This document shows, one piece after another, positions 47,775-57,272 of a stretch of DNA of 64,000 nucleotides. Source of the stretch: an uncultured Spirochaetales bacterium (GTDB taxonomy: Bacteria > Spirochaetota > Spirochaetia > DSM-27196 > CAZFLD01); the NCBI GenBank assembly GCA_964519835.1, contig CAZFLD010000016.1:825-64824 (forward strand). The letters run 5' to 3'. A program made the translations under genes and the position numbers. Every line of letters begins with the position of its first letter. Position 1 is the stretch's first letter. The notes under the pieces are model-generated. The model was not told the DNA's origin. It saw only the letters and a list, made by a program, of their open reading frames with translations, and did no database searches.

Positions 47775-48152
47775 TCAAATAAACGTGCCAGACCATTGTG
47801 CCAAACAATTGGAGAAGAAGGCTCGGAAAACTAGGCGGACGATCAGCACAAACCTCAGGCGCGTAACCGGGCACACGACCACAAAACAAGCAACCCGGCG
47901 GGCCCGTTGGCCGACAACGCGGCGCTTGGCTGACGTGCTGGTGCCAACCCGACAACATCGACTTCTGTTAATTTCCGACCAACGGTGTTGTTCCGGGAGC
48001 GGCCGACCGTGAAAAGCGATCGGCGAAGTCCGTCGCCGTCCAGGCGGCCGGTCGAGCGCGCGCTCAAAGGTCTTTGCGGCGTCCGTTGGCGCGTACCGTC
48101 GCCAAGACAGCCGCCGGAACAACATGAGCGTCTGGAACTCCTTCGGAAACAT
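47775..48152 (-). pseudogene. Possible decayed gene of unknown family
   Basis: TATACT-N6-ATG start like other genes here; the product has no recognisable motif. Confidence 0.25.
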
Positions 48153-48325
48153 ATACCCAGTATAGACGTAGGCACGGTTCTTGCATTTTCGTCCCCATAG
48201 GATAACGGGCCCACGCGCCCCCTCGCGGGTCCGGAGAGTGTAAGGGTTGGGCGTATCTTGGCGCCGTGTTGCGTCAAGCCATCAAGAAACACGGTGGTCG
48301 AAGCCACCGAGTAAGGAGGAGTCGC

Positions 48326-49615
48326 ATGCGACGATTCACAATGATGACAGTAGCTGTCATCGCGTTATTAGGCATTGTAGCAATGCCCCTGTTTGCCGGA
48401 GGAGGTCAGGAGGACAGAGACGACGGCAACGTCGTCAACATCTTTGGCGCGTTTGTAGACACCGACGCGGGGCGTTTTGAAGAAAGTATGGTGCCGTTCG
48501 AGGAAGAAACGGGCATCCAGATCGTGTATGAAGGTTCGGGTGACTTCGAATCGCTTATCTCCGTGCGCGCCCAAGGCGGCGACCCACCCGACATTGCCGC
48601 GTTCCCGCAGCCGGGTCTTATGGAAGACATGACCAATCGCGGTCACGTTCTTGATCTGCGTGGCTGGTTTGACCAGGGATTTCTCCAGGAACAGTATTCC
48701 CAGACCTGGATTGACTACGGAACCGTCGGGAACATGCTGGCGGGTATTTGGTACCGGGCCAGCGTAAAGAGCCTTGTGTGGTACCCCGTCCCCGAGTTCG
48801 AGGAAGCAGGCTATGAGATCCCCGAGACCTGGGATGAGATGATGGCCCTCACTGAGCAAATGGTCGAAGACGGCACTGCTCCGTGGAGCATCGGCATCGA
48901 GAGCGCCGGAGCAACCGGTTGGGTGGGTACCGACTGGCTCGAAGACATTATGCTTCGCACGCAGCCACCGGAGGTTTACGACGAGTGGGTTGCCGGGGAG
49001 CTGCCTTTTGATTCGCCTGAAGTACGAAATGCCGTCGGCATCATGGGCGAAATTTGGCTAAATCCGGACTACGTCCTCGGCGGCACGAACTCGATTCTGA
49101 CAACGCCCTTCGGCGATGCCGTCCACCCACTTCTCGACAACCCACCGTCCGCTTGGTTGCACAGGCAGGCGAGCTTTATCACCGGTTTTTGGCCTGACGA
49201 TATGGACGTTGAGATTGGTGAAGATATCGATTATTTCTACCTGCCGCCCATCGAAGAGGAGTATGGACGACCGGTCCTCGGCGCAGGCGACGTCATGAGC
49301 GCCATGGTGGATAACCAGAATATTCGTGATGTCATGCAGTGGCTCGCGGAACCCGAGTCGAAGAGAGCCTGGATCGAGGCGGGCGGTTTTGTATCGCCTA
49401 ATCAGACCACGCCGCTGTCTTGGTATCCGGACGAGGCCAGCCGTGGCTACGCGGAGATCTTGAACAATGCGACAACCTTTCGGTTCGACGCATCCGATCT
49501 TATGCCCGGTCAGGTCGGCGCAGGTTCCTTCTGGGAAGGCGTCGTAGACCTGGTACAGGGTGAAGAGGTTCGAAACGTGTTGCAGCGAATCGACGAGACC
49601 TGGCCCGGGGAGTAA
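48326..49615 (+). CDS. ABC transporter alpha-glucoside-binding protein (AglE-like)
   Basis: Spirochaete-type signal …PLFAGG, PDIAAFPQPG, VKSLVWY, ATGWVGTDWLED and RFDASDLMP; SD AAGGAGG. Confidence 0.9.
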   Translation: MRRFTMMTVAVIALLGIVAMPLFAGGGQEDRDDGNVVNIFGAFVDTDAGRFEESMVPFEEETGIQIVYEGSGDFESLISVRAQGGDPPDIAAFPQPGLMEDMTNRGHVLDLRGWFDQGFLQEQYSQTWIDYGTVGNMLAGIWYRASVKSLVWYPVPEFEEAGYEIPETWDEMMALTEQMVEDGTAPWSIGIESAGATGWVGTDWLEDIMLRTQPPEVYDEWVAGELPFDSPEVRNAVGIMGEIWLNPDYVLGGTNSILTTPFGDAVHPLLDNPPSAWLHRQASFITGFWPDDMDVEIGEDIDYFYLPPIEEEYGRPVLGAGDVMSAMVDNQNIRDVMQWLAEPESKRAWIEAGGFVSPNQTTPLSWYPDEASRGYAEILNNATTFRFDASDLMPGQVGAGSFWEGVVDLVQGEEVRNVLQRIDETWPGE

Positions 49616-49686
49616 CCACGGGTTACGCTCTACCGGCGCAAGTCGGCTTGGTCCGGCTTGCGCCTTTTGATATATAGGGGGCGCTC

Positions 49687-50796
49687 ATGTCCGAGCAAAT
49701 ACGACAGGACAACTTTTTTATCCGTGCCAAAGAATCCAAGGTTGGCCGCATCGTGTTCGCAATCGTCGTGGCGGCGGTTGTCTTTTTTGCGTTCAGATGG
49801 GCCTTTTTGTTCATGCGCGACTCAAACGCTTCTAAGTTTGTTATCGCGGTCATCGCGCTGGCCGTCGGTATTGGAGGCGTTTGGGCCCTGTATGCAGCCT
49901 TAACGAACCTCGTCGAGGTCACGCCTACCCGAGTCCGCGACAGGTTACGGCCGTGGGTGTTTGTCTTGCCCGGGGTCTTGATACTCGCGACCTACATCGT
50001 GTTTCCGGCGGTGCGTACCATCTGGCTCAGTTTCCTCAACCGGACGTCCGAGGAGTTTGTCGGCCTGAGGAACTATGCATTTGTCTTCACCGATGCCGAC
50101 ATGCTGATCATCCTCCGGAACACCTTGCTGTGGGTGGTGTTGGTGCCGGCCTTTGCGGTCAGCCTCGGCCTGATTATTGCCGTCATGACCGACAAGCTAA
50201 AGCCGGTCTGGGAGAAGACGATCAAATCGATGATCTTCCTGCCGATGGCCATCTCGTTTGTCGGCGCGAGTGTCATCTGGCGCTTTGTTTACGCCTACCG
50301 GCCTCCCGGACAGGCACAGATAGGACTTCTCAATGCCATCGCAACAGGCCTGGGCGGTGACCCCGTTGCCTGGATCATCCAGCGCCCTTGGAACAACGCT
50401 GCGCTTATTTTTATCATGATCTGGTTGCAGACGGGATTCGCAATGGTCATTCTGTCGGCGGCCGTCAAAGGGGTTCCAAAAGACCTGAAGGACGCGGCAC
50501 GTATCGACGGCTGCAACGAGATCCGCGTCTTTTTTAACGTGATTATTCCCTACGTAAAAGGAACCATTCTCACGGTCACGACGACAATCCTCTTTCTGGT
50601 GCTCAAAATCTTCGACATCGTCTGGGTTATGACAAGTGGCGACTTTGATACCGGAATAGTGGCCTCGCGTATGTACGAGGAGGCATTTGTATTTAGAAAC
50701 TTCGGCAGAGGGAGCGCGCTCGCGGTGTTCCTGTTTTTGGTTGTCATACCCGTGATGATTCGAAACGTTCGAAACATGCGTGAGCTGAGGAGGTAA
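49687..50796 (+). CDS. Carbohydrate ABC permease (AglF-like)
   Basis: FLPMAISFVGA and the EAA-like loop DAARIDG. Confidence 0.92.
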   Translation: MSEQIRQDNFFIRAKESKVGRIVFAIVVAAVVFFAFRWAFLFMRDSNASKFVIAVIALAVGIGGVWALYAALTNLVEVTPTRVRDRLRPWVFVLPGVLILATYIVFPAVRTIWLSFLNRTSEEFVGLRNYAFVFTDADMLIILRNTLLWVVLVPAFAVSLGLIIAVMTDKLKPVWEKTIKSMIFLPMAISFVGASVIWRFVYAYRPPGQAQIGLLNAIATGLGGDPVAWIIQRPWNNAALIFIMIWLQTGFAMVILSAAVKGVPKDLKDAARIDGCNEIRVFFNVIIPYVKGTILTVTTTILFLVLKIFDIVWVMTSGDFDTGIVASRMYEEAFVFRNFGRGSALAVFLFLVVIPVMIRNVRNMRELRR

Positions 50797-50799
50797 GTG

Positions 50800-51771
50800 A
50801 TGAGTAACAAAGACCTTACTGAACTCAAAAAGGCTCAGGAGTCCTCGGCCCTTCAAGCTTCTGAAGAAAGCGACGAGGGCCGTCTTGACGAGGCGGCGCA
50901 GCGTCCGCGGTCCGGGAAAAAGGCAAAAAAGATCGTGGCCGGCGTGCCGATGCGGCTTATTCTCGTGCTTATTGTTGTCATATGGACCTTGCCGACACTC
51001 GGACTGTTGGTAACTTCGTTTCGTCCGGCAAGCCAGATTTCTCAATCGGGCTGGTGGACGGCGCTTGCTAATCCTCTAGAAGAGAACCAGTGGACCATCC
51101 GCAACTACGACCGCGTCATCTTTGCGGACAGCATGGGTACGTCGTTTGTGAACAGCCTGCTTGTTGCGGTGCCCTCCACGGTCATCCCAATCACTATCGC
51201 GGCCTTTGCCGCCTTTAGCATCGCCTGGATGAACTTTCCCGGGCGAGAGGTGTTGTTTGTTCTTATTGTGGGGCTTCTCGTCGTTCCGCTGCAGATGGCG
51301 CTGATACCAATCCTTCGGCTATACACCTCCGCGCGGCTCAACGGGACCTTTGTGGGAATCTGGCTTGCGCACACGGGCTTCGGTTTGCCGCTGGCGACCT
51401 ACATTCTGTACGGCTATATCTCAAGCATCCCTAAGGAGATTATCGAGTCGGCCCACGCCGACGGTGCCACGCCGTGGATGATGTTTACCCGGCTGGTGTT
51501 GCCGCTATCTATGCCGGCGATAGCGTCCTTCGGCATCTTCCAGTTCCTCTGGGTCTGGAACGATTTGCTTGTGGCCCTTGTCTTCTTGGGTACGCAGGCA
51601 TCGAAGTCCGTTCTCACGGCGAGGCTCGCCGAACTTGTTGGTTCGCGGGGCCAAGACTGGCACGTACTGACGGCGGGAGCCTTTGTTACGATGGTCATGC
51701 CGTTAATCGTGTTTTTTGCATTGCAGCGCTACTTTGTGCGCGGCATGATGGCGGGCTCCGTCAAGGGGTAA
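50800..51771 (+). CDS. Carbohydrate ABC permease (AglG-like)
   Basis: LVVPLQMALIP, ESAHADGA and FQFLWVWNDLLVAL. Confidence 0.92.
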   Translation: MSNKDLTELKKAQESSALQASEESDEGRLDEAAQRPRSGKKAKKIVAGVPMRLILVLIVVIWTLPTLGLLVTSFRPASQISQSGWWTALANPLEENQWTIRNYDRVIFADSMGTSFVNSLLVAVPSTVIPITIAAFAAFSIAWMNFPGREVLFVLIVGLLVVPLQMALIPILRLYTSARLNGTFVGIWLAHTGFGLPLATYILYGYISSIPKEIIESAHADGATPWMMFTRLVLPLSMPAIASFGIFQFLWVWNDLLVALVFLGTQASKSVLTARLAELVGSRGQDWHVLTAGAFVTMVMPLIVFFALQRYFVRGMMAGSVKG

Positions 51772-51777
51772 TAACGT

Positions 51778-51797
51778 CCCGACGGCCGGCCGTCGGG
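51778..51797. terminator. Perfect 20-bp palindrome CCCGACGGCCGGCCGTCGGG after the ABC operon
   Basis: Self-complementary; starts 6 nt after the stop codon. Confidence 0.55.
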
Positions 51798-51844
51798 GCA
51801 TCCGTTGCCACCCGTCCCGGGATAGCCGGTGTACTCCCTGCAAA

Positions 51845-51862
51845 TAGTTGATCAGTCAACTA
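51845..51862. promoter_or_regulatory. Operator-like inverted repeat TAGTTGA-N4-TCAACTA upstream of pirin
   Basis: AT-rich 7-4-7 palindrome about 70 nt before the ATG. Confidence 0.6.
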
Positions 51863-51929
51863 GCCTTTTGTACTTTTGCTGAATCAAGCTCGCGCTAACA
51901 AGCGCTCATACGGTGAAAGGAGTATATGC

Positions 51930-52844
51930 ATGTCCCTCAACCCAGTACTGCGACATGACAAGTCACGACCAACGATGGAAGGGGCCGGCGTCCGCCTGCA
52001 TAGAGGATTTGGTTTTGATGATACCGAGCAAACCGACCCGTTTTTGCTCTTTGATGATTTTCGCGGGAATCGAACCGAGGACTATGTCGCCGGTTTTCCA
52101 TGGCATCCACACCGTGGCATCGAGACGGTCACGTACGTGCTTGCGGGCACCGTGGAGCATGGCGATAGCCTTGGCAACAAAGGAACTCTGGGCGCCGGTT
52201 CCATCCAGTGGATGACGGCGGGAAGTGGGATCATTCATCAGGAGATGCCGAAAGGTGACGATAGGGGGCGGATGCACGGCTTCCAGCTCTGGGCCAACCT
52301 TCCTCGCGAGCTCAAGATGACGGATCCCCGTTATCAGGATATTCCAGGCGGCGAAGTCGCGGTGCGCTCCGAAGACGATGGCACGGTCATTCGCGTCCTG
52401 GCCGGTGAGTTCTCCGGCATTCGTGGACCGGTAGACGGCATCGCGGCGGCTCCCCGGTATCTGGACGTGAGCGTGCCCCCGGGGAAAACCAAGCAGCTCA
52501 AGATGGACCTGGAGTCGCGCGCATTTGCGTATGTCTTCGAAGGCGCCGGCCGATTCCGTGGCGCATCCGGCCCCCAGCCGGTGCCGTACGAGGTAGATGA
52601 AGGAGTAATCGCCTACAAACCGGTGGAGGTGGACAATCGGTCACTGCTCATCTTTGATTCCGGGGATGAGCTGGTGGTGGAAGCCGGAGAATCGGGCCTG
52701 CGGTTTTTGCTGGTCTCCGGCCGCCCGATTCGCGAACCTGTTGCCTGGTATGGACCGATTGTCATGAACACCCAAGCAGAGCTTCAGTTGGCGTTTAAGG
52801 AGTATCAGGAAGGCAGCTTTATCAAAAAGCGTGGCTCCGTATAG
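51930..52844 (+). CDS. Pirin family protein
   Basis: DPFLLFD, HPHRGIETVTY, WMTAGSGIIHQE and GPIVMN. Confidence 0.95.
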   Translation: MSLNPVLRHDKSRPTMEGAGVRLHRGFGFDDTEQTDPFLLFDDFRGNRTEDYVAGFPWHPHRGIETVTYVLAGTVEHGDSLGNKGTLGAGSIQWMTAGSGIIHQEMPKGDDRGRMHGFQLWANLPRELKMTDPRYQDIPGGEVAVRSEDDGTVIRVLAGEFSGIRGPVDGIAAAPRYLDVSVPPGKTKQLKMDLESRAFAYVFEGAGRFRGASGPQPVPYEVDEGVIAYKPVEVDNRSLLIFDSGDELVVEAGESGLRFLLVSGRPIREPVAWYGPIVMNTQAELQLAFKEYQEGSFIKKRGSV

Positions 52845-52937
52845 GGCGTTCGATGCCCAAACCGCCGGTGTTTGCATTTCCCTCCGCAGCCGTTTGATGC
52901 CATATTTGGAGAAACACAAAACAAATCCGGAGGTCAT

Positions 52938-53864
52938 ATGAAGAGGAAGATTGCCGTTATCGGAGCAGGTAACGTTGGCGCGACGGTTGCGCAGTACACC
53001 GCGGAGGCAAACATAGCCGACATCGTTTTGGTCGACATTGTCGAAGGGATGCCGCAGGGGCGGGCCCTCGACTTGACCGAAGCGGGACCCGTTCGCGGCT
53101 ACAACGCGATGGTAGTCGGCACAAACGACTACGCCGAGATTGCCGGCTCGGAGCTTGTTGTCGTAACTGCAGGCATTGCCCGCAAGCCCGGCATGACTCG
53201 GGAGGACCTGCTCAACACCAATGCAAAGATCATGGGGCAGGTTGCGGACAACATAAAGCAGCATGCACCGGACGCCTTTGTTGTTATCGTATCGAATCCC
53301 CTCGACATCATGACATACCACGCCCTGAAGGTGACCGGCTTTTCAAAGCACCGTGTTGTTGGACAGGCGGGTGTGCTGGATGCTACCCGGTTTAAGAGCT
53401 TTATAGCGATGGAGCTCGGCGTAGCCATGACGGACGTCCACGCGATGGTCCTCGGCGGTCACGGGGACACCATGGTGCCTCTTCCTCGCTTCACGACCGT
53501 CTCGGGAGTGCCGATTTCCGAGCTGATTCCACAGGATCAAATCGAGACACTTGTGGATCGCACACGCAACGGAGGTGGCGAGATAGTAAAGCACCTAAAG
53601 ACTGGGTCAGCATACTACGCGCCCGCCGCTTCCGTCGTGACAATGGTCAAGGCGTTGATGCTCGATGAGAAGAGGCTTCTCCCCGCATCGACCCTCCTCG
53701 AAGGCGAGTTCGGCTTGAACGATCTCTGTATCGGCGTGCCGGTCCTCCTCGGCGCAGACGGCGTTGAGAAAGTGGTGGAGATCGAGCTTACCGACAAAGA
53801 AGCAGCGGCCTTGAAAAAGTCGGCGGACACGTACCGAGAAATACTAACGACTCTGGGCTACTAA
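52938..53864 (+). CDS. mdh: Malate dehydrogenase (LDH-like)
   Basis: GAGNVG, RKPGMTREDL (Arg specificity loop), SNPLD, GGHGD and GSAYYAP; SD GGAGG. Confidence 0.95.
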   Translation: MKRKIAVIGAGNVGATVAQYTAEANIADIVLVDIVEGMPQGRALDLTEAGPVRGYNAMVVGTNDYAEIAGSELVVVTAGIARKPGMTREDLLNTNAKIMGQVADNIKQHAPDAFVVIVSNPLDIMTYHALKVTGFSKHRVVGQAGVLDATRFKSFIAMELGVAMTDVHAMVLGGHGDTMVPLPRFTTVSGVPISELIPQDQIETLVDRTRNGGGEIVKHLKTGSAYYAPAASVVTMVKALMLDEKRLLPASTLLEGEFGLNDLCIGVPVLLGADGVEKVVEIELTDKEAAALKKSADTYREILTTLGY

Positions 53865-54099
53865 ACCGGCGATGGACCCATGGCGGCGGGTACGGCACGA
53901 TTGGTCCGCCTGTCCGCTGATAGGCGCGCCCCCGCCGAAGCGGCCGGTCGGTCCAATTTGAGTGCCGGCTCATGGTCAAGGCCGTCCCGTCACCGCCTGC
54001 TGTCTGCTTTGTGCGTGGTAGGCGCGCCGGCATTCGCACTCAAAAAAAAGCGCACCACCGGGGAAACAAAGTAGCCTATGATAACAGCAGGAGGAAGCC

Positions 54100-54570
54100 A
54101 TGCGGAAGTCCGTGATTGTGATCCTGGTGTCCGGTCTTGTTCTGGTCGGTCTCACTTCTTGTTTTTCGTTCGGCGGTCCGCCAAACTGGCAGGCTGCTCC
54201 CACCTACGGCTCCGTAAGCTTAAGCGCGGGCTTTTTGCCTGATCCTCACCGTGTTTCCGTCACGGCGGGCGGGTCGTATGACTTGTCGTTTGTCGGCGAG
54301 TACGGCTATGTCGCTCAAGCGCCCGATTTTGACCTCTATTACAGCGCCGGCAGCCACAACCTGTATATCTACGTTGAATCCCAAGGCGCGGACACGGTAC
54401 TGTTGGTACGAGATCCATCCGGCGAGTGGTACTTTTCGGACGATGCCGTCGGCACTCGACCCGGCCTCGCCTTTTCCAACCCCCGGTCGGGTCTGTACGA
54501 CATCTGGGTGGGAACGTACAGCGGTGGCCTTGTCTCCGCGATGATCGCCATTTCGGAGATCGGCTGGTAG
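54100..54570 (+). CDS. Small lipoprotein, pre-peptidase C-terminal (PPC)-like beta domain
   Basis: LTSC lipobox, GFLPDP, DTVLLV..P.G.W…DD and G.YDIWVG; SD AGGAGG. Confidence 0.8.
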   Translation: MRKSVIVILVSGLVLVGLTSCFSFGGPPNWQAAPTYGSVSLSAGFLPDPHRVSVTAGGSYDLSFVGEYGYVAQAPDFDLYYSAGSHNLYIYVESQGADTVLLVRDPSGEWYFSDDAVGTRPGLAFSNPRSGLYDIWVGTYSGGLVSAMIAISEIGW

Positions 54571-54635
54571 CCCCGTCGGTTGCGCGTGTTCCGTACTAAG
54601 GGTATTCTAACCGTACATCCGGTACGGAGCCCTCT

Positions 54636-56777
54636 ATGTCCCCAAATGTTCTACGCGAATTGCCCCGCGGCGGCTACCTTGTTACTACACCACACGAACG
54701 CATCCAGTTCGGCGCACCGCCCGAGACAATAAAAGACACAATGCCTGATGCGTCAGGCGTTCCCGAGATCTTTGTTCTCCCCCGTCAAATGTTCAACTGG
54801 AGCAAAGGAATCAACGTTGCGGACATGGAGTTCCCCATCTACTTCCATTTTTTTATCCGCAAACAACGGCCGCTGATTTGCGGAACCATGGCGCAAGCGC
54901 GATCCCTATCCACCGCGCTCCAAGAGGCCGTTTTTGGTCCCAAGGGCTTTACTATCCACAGCGACATGATCGAAATCGGTGACGATACCTTTGTTCCGGA
55001 CATCAGCCAGGAGCTCGCGTTTTTCAGGCGCGGTCTCGAACTCAAGGACATGTTTCGATTCAGACCGTTTAAGGACGGGCGCCTTCGTGTCGGCTCGGCG
55101 ACGATCACCATAACCGACGGGGACAATTACTTGGTGGAGGCCGACGGCATGGAGCCGGTGGAAGTCCCGGGCTACATCGACTACACGGCCAGATTCGACG
55201 GCGGAAGCACCCTACCGGAACCCTTTATTCCACCGCGCTTTGGTGTTACTTGCCTGGGGCCGAGCCACGGGTTTGACCCTGCCGACAATACTTCGGGCTT
55301 TATTATCTGGCTAAACCACAACGGCATTATGATCGACCCACCGGTAAACTCCACGGAGTGGCTGCTGAAAGCGAACGTCAATCCCAAGTATATCGACAGT
55401 ATCATTCTCACGCACTGCCATGCGGACCATGATGCGGGTACGTTCCAGAAGATCCTCGAAGAAGGCCGAGTCACCATCTACACCACCAAGACTATCATGG
55501 GCAGTTTCTTACGGAAGTACGCGGCTTTTAGCGAAGAATCTGAAGAGTATCTGCAACGCTTTTTCTCGTTTCAGCCGATCTACATTGGCCGAACGACACA
55601 AATTCATGGCGGTGAGTTTGACGTGTTCTATTCACTCCATTCGATACCGACCATGGCGTTTAAGCTCAGTTTTCAAGGCAAGACCTTTGTTTACTCGTCT
55701 GATCACCAAGGTGATGTCGAGGTGCAGAGGCAGCTCTTGTCCGAGGGGCTCATCGACCAGCGGCGGTTCGACCAGCTCCACTCGTTCCCGTGGCAGAGTG
55801 ACGTCATCTACCACGAGTCGGGCATTGCACCGCTGCACACATCGCTGACTTTCCTGGCCTCGTTGCCCGCCGACGTCCAGCAGCGCATTGTTGTCTACCA
55901 TATTTCGGAGAAGGATTTCGCGAAGGTAGAGAATCAAGGTCTGACCAGAGCAACGTTCGGCATCGAGAACACGCTCTACTTCGAAACCAGCGAGCCGCCG
56001 TACGAGGACGCGTACCGGATGCTCGATGTCCTCAAGCGGCTCGATTTCTTCGAGTCGATGCCCGTGAAAAAGGTTCAAGAGTTTTTGACCGTCGTCGAGC
56101 GTCGGCACTTCTCTCGTGGCGAGAAGGTCATCGAAGAGGGCACCTTGGGCGACGCGTTTTACATCATTGAAAGCGGCAATGCCTCGGTTGTAAATGCCGA
56201 GCTCGAAACCCAAAAAAAGCTCGGCGCGTACGACTACTTCGGAGAAGTCGCGCTGCTCACCAACAGGCGCCGGACGGCGGATATTATTGCGGAAACCGAG
56301 CTTGACACCATCGTTTTGCCAAAAGACAAGTTTATCAACTTTATCTCCGGCACCGAGTTCGAGAAACTCCTGCTCCGCGTAATCGAACGCCGTGATGAGC
56401 ACATTTGGAACCTGCTCGTCGCCACTCCGGCGTTTTCTCGGCTTACCGACTACCAAAAGATGTGGCTCGAGGGCACGCTGCAAATGCAGGATTTTGACGA
56501 CGGAACGGTATTGGTCGAGCAGGGGGACGCGTTGCCCGGGGTGTACCTCATAGCCGAAGGTGATGTCGCGGTAAGCAAGGATCGCCGGGAGCGTTCGAGC
56601 CTAGGTCGAGCTGAGACCGTTGGCATGTTGCCCGTACTGTTCCGCGGTGAGCCCGCCCGATTCACCTTCACGTGCCGGGGTCCCGTGCTCGCCCTTTTTA
56701 TCTCAAAATCCGACGCCATAGAGTTTATGGAACGAAATCCCGGAGCCTCCATGCGCGTCGAGACCCTCTACGCCTGA
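54636..56777 (+). CDS. Metallo-beta-lactamase-fold hydrolase with two cNMP-binding domains (putative cyclic-nucleotide-regulated phosphodiesterase)
   Basis: THCHADH, HSIP, FYIIESG and FGEVALL…RTA; second cNMP domain divergent. Confidence 0.85.
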   Translation: MSPNVLRELPRGGYLVTTPHERIQFGAPPETIKDTMPDASGVPEIFVLPRQMFNWSKGINVADMEFPIYFHFFIRKQRPLICGTMAQARSLSTALQEAVFGPKGFTIHSDMIEIGDDTFVPDISQELAFFRRGLELKDMFRFRPFKDGRLRVGSATITITDGDNYLVEADGMEPVEVPGYIDYTARFDGGSTLPEPFIPPRFGVTCLGPSHGFDPADNTSGFIIWLNHNGIMIDPPVNSTEWLLKANVNPKYIDSIILTHCHADHDAGTFQKILEEGRVTIYTTKTIMGSFLRKYAAFSEESEEYLQRFFSFQPIYIGRTTQIHGGEFDVFYSLHSIPTMAFKLSFQGKTFVYSSDHQGDVEVQRQLLSEGLIDQRRFDQLHSFPWQSDVIYHESGIAPLHTSLTFLASLPADVQQRIVVYHISEKDFAKVENQGLTRATFGIENTLYFETSEPPYEDAYRMLDVLKRLDFFESMPVKKVQEFLTVVERRHFSRGEKVIEEGTLGDAFYIIESGNASVVNAELETQKKLGAYDYFGEVALLTNRRRTADIIAETELDTIVLPKDKFINFISGTEFEKLLLRVIERRDEHIWNLLVATPAFSRLTDYQKMWLEGTLQMQDFDDGTVLVEQGDALPGVYLIAEGDVAVSKDRRERSSLGRAETVGMLPVLFRGEPARFTFTCRGPVLALFISKSDAIEFMERNPGASMRVETLYA

Positions 56778-56899
56778 CCAGGGCCGACTCACGCCGTTAC
56801 CGCTTGTGCTTCCCGTCCCGACGCACGGTAGCGAGGCCGCCGAGGTAGGCTGCTACCGCCCACGCGAACACTGCACCATCCATGTCTCGTCGGGAGGAC

Positions 56900-57190
56900 C
56901 ACCACCGGGCGGTGAGGTAAACGCCATGGTATATCGATTTGGTCTCGCGAGCACCCTTTGTCGGTAGTAATCCGCAGCCCTTCGGAGGTACTCGGACCCC
57001 TCGCGGGGAATTGTTTCAAAGCCGTCAAACATCTCGCTGATTGTGGTCCGGTTGACGGCCTCCTTTAGGGCCACGAGGCCGTTGAAATAGCGGTAGAGCG
57101 ACGGAGGCTTTACGCCCAGGTGTGTGCACCAGGACTGACGCAACACTCGGATCCGCGGATCCGAGCGCGACTCCGACTGCAATAAGCACC
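56900..57190 (-). pseudogene. TetR-family (WHG-type) regulator remnant
   Basis: HLGVKPPSLYRYFNG HTH half and YRQ..LARPNRY; lacks a normal N- and C-terminus. Confidence 0.65.
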
Positions 57191-57272
57191 GCTGATATCA
57201 GGTAGTTGTGGCCCAGGTTGTAGACAAGCGCCCGCGCTTGCGGAAACCTGACGGAAAGGCTAGTGTATCGAT

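Noticed and set aside
53865-54099. tRNA or riboswitch in the mdh downstream spacer
   Set aside because: No cloverleaf, TTCGA arm or recognisable aptamer was found by eye; an Infernal/Rfam scan would settle it.
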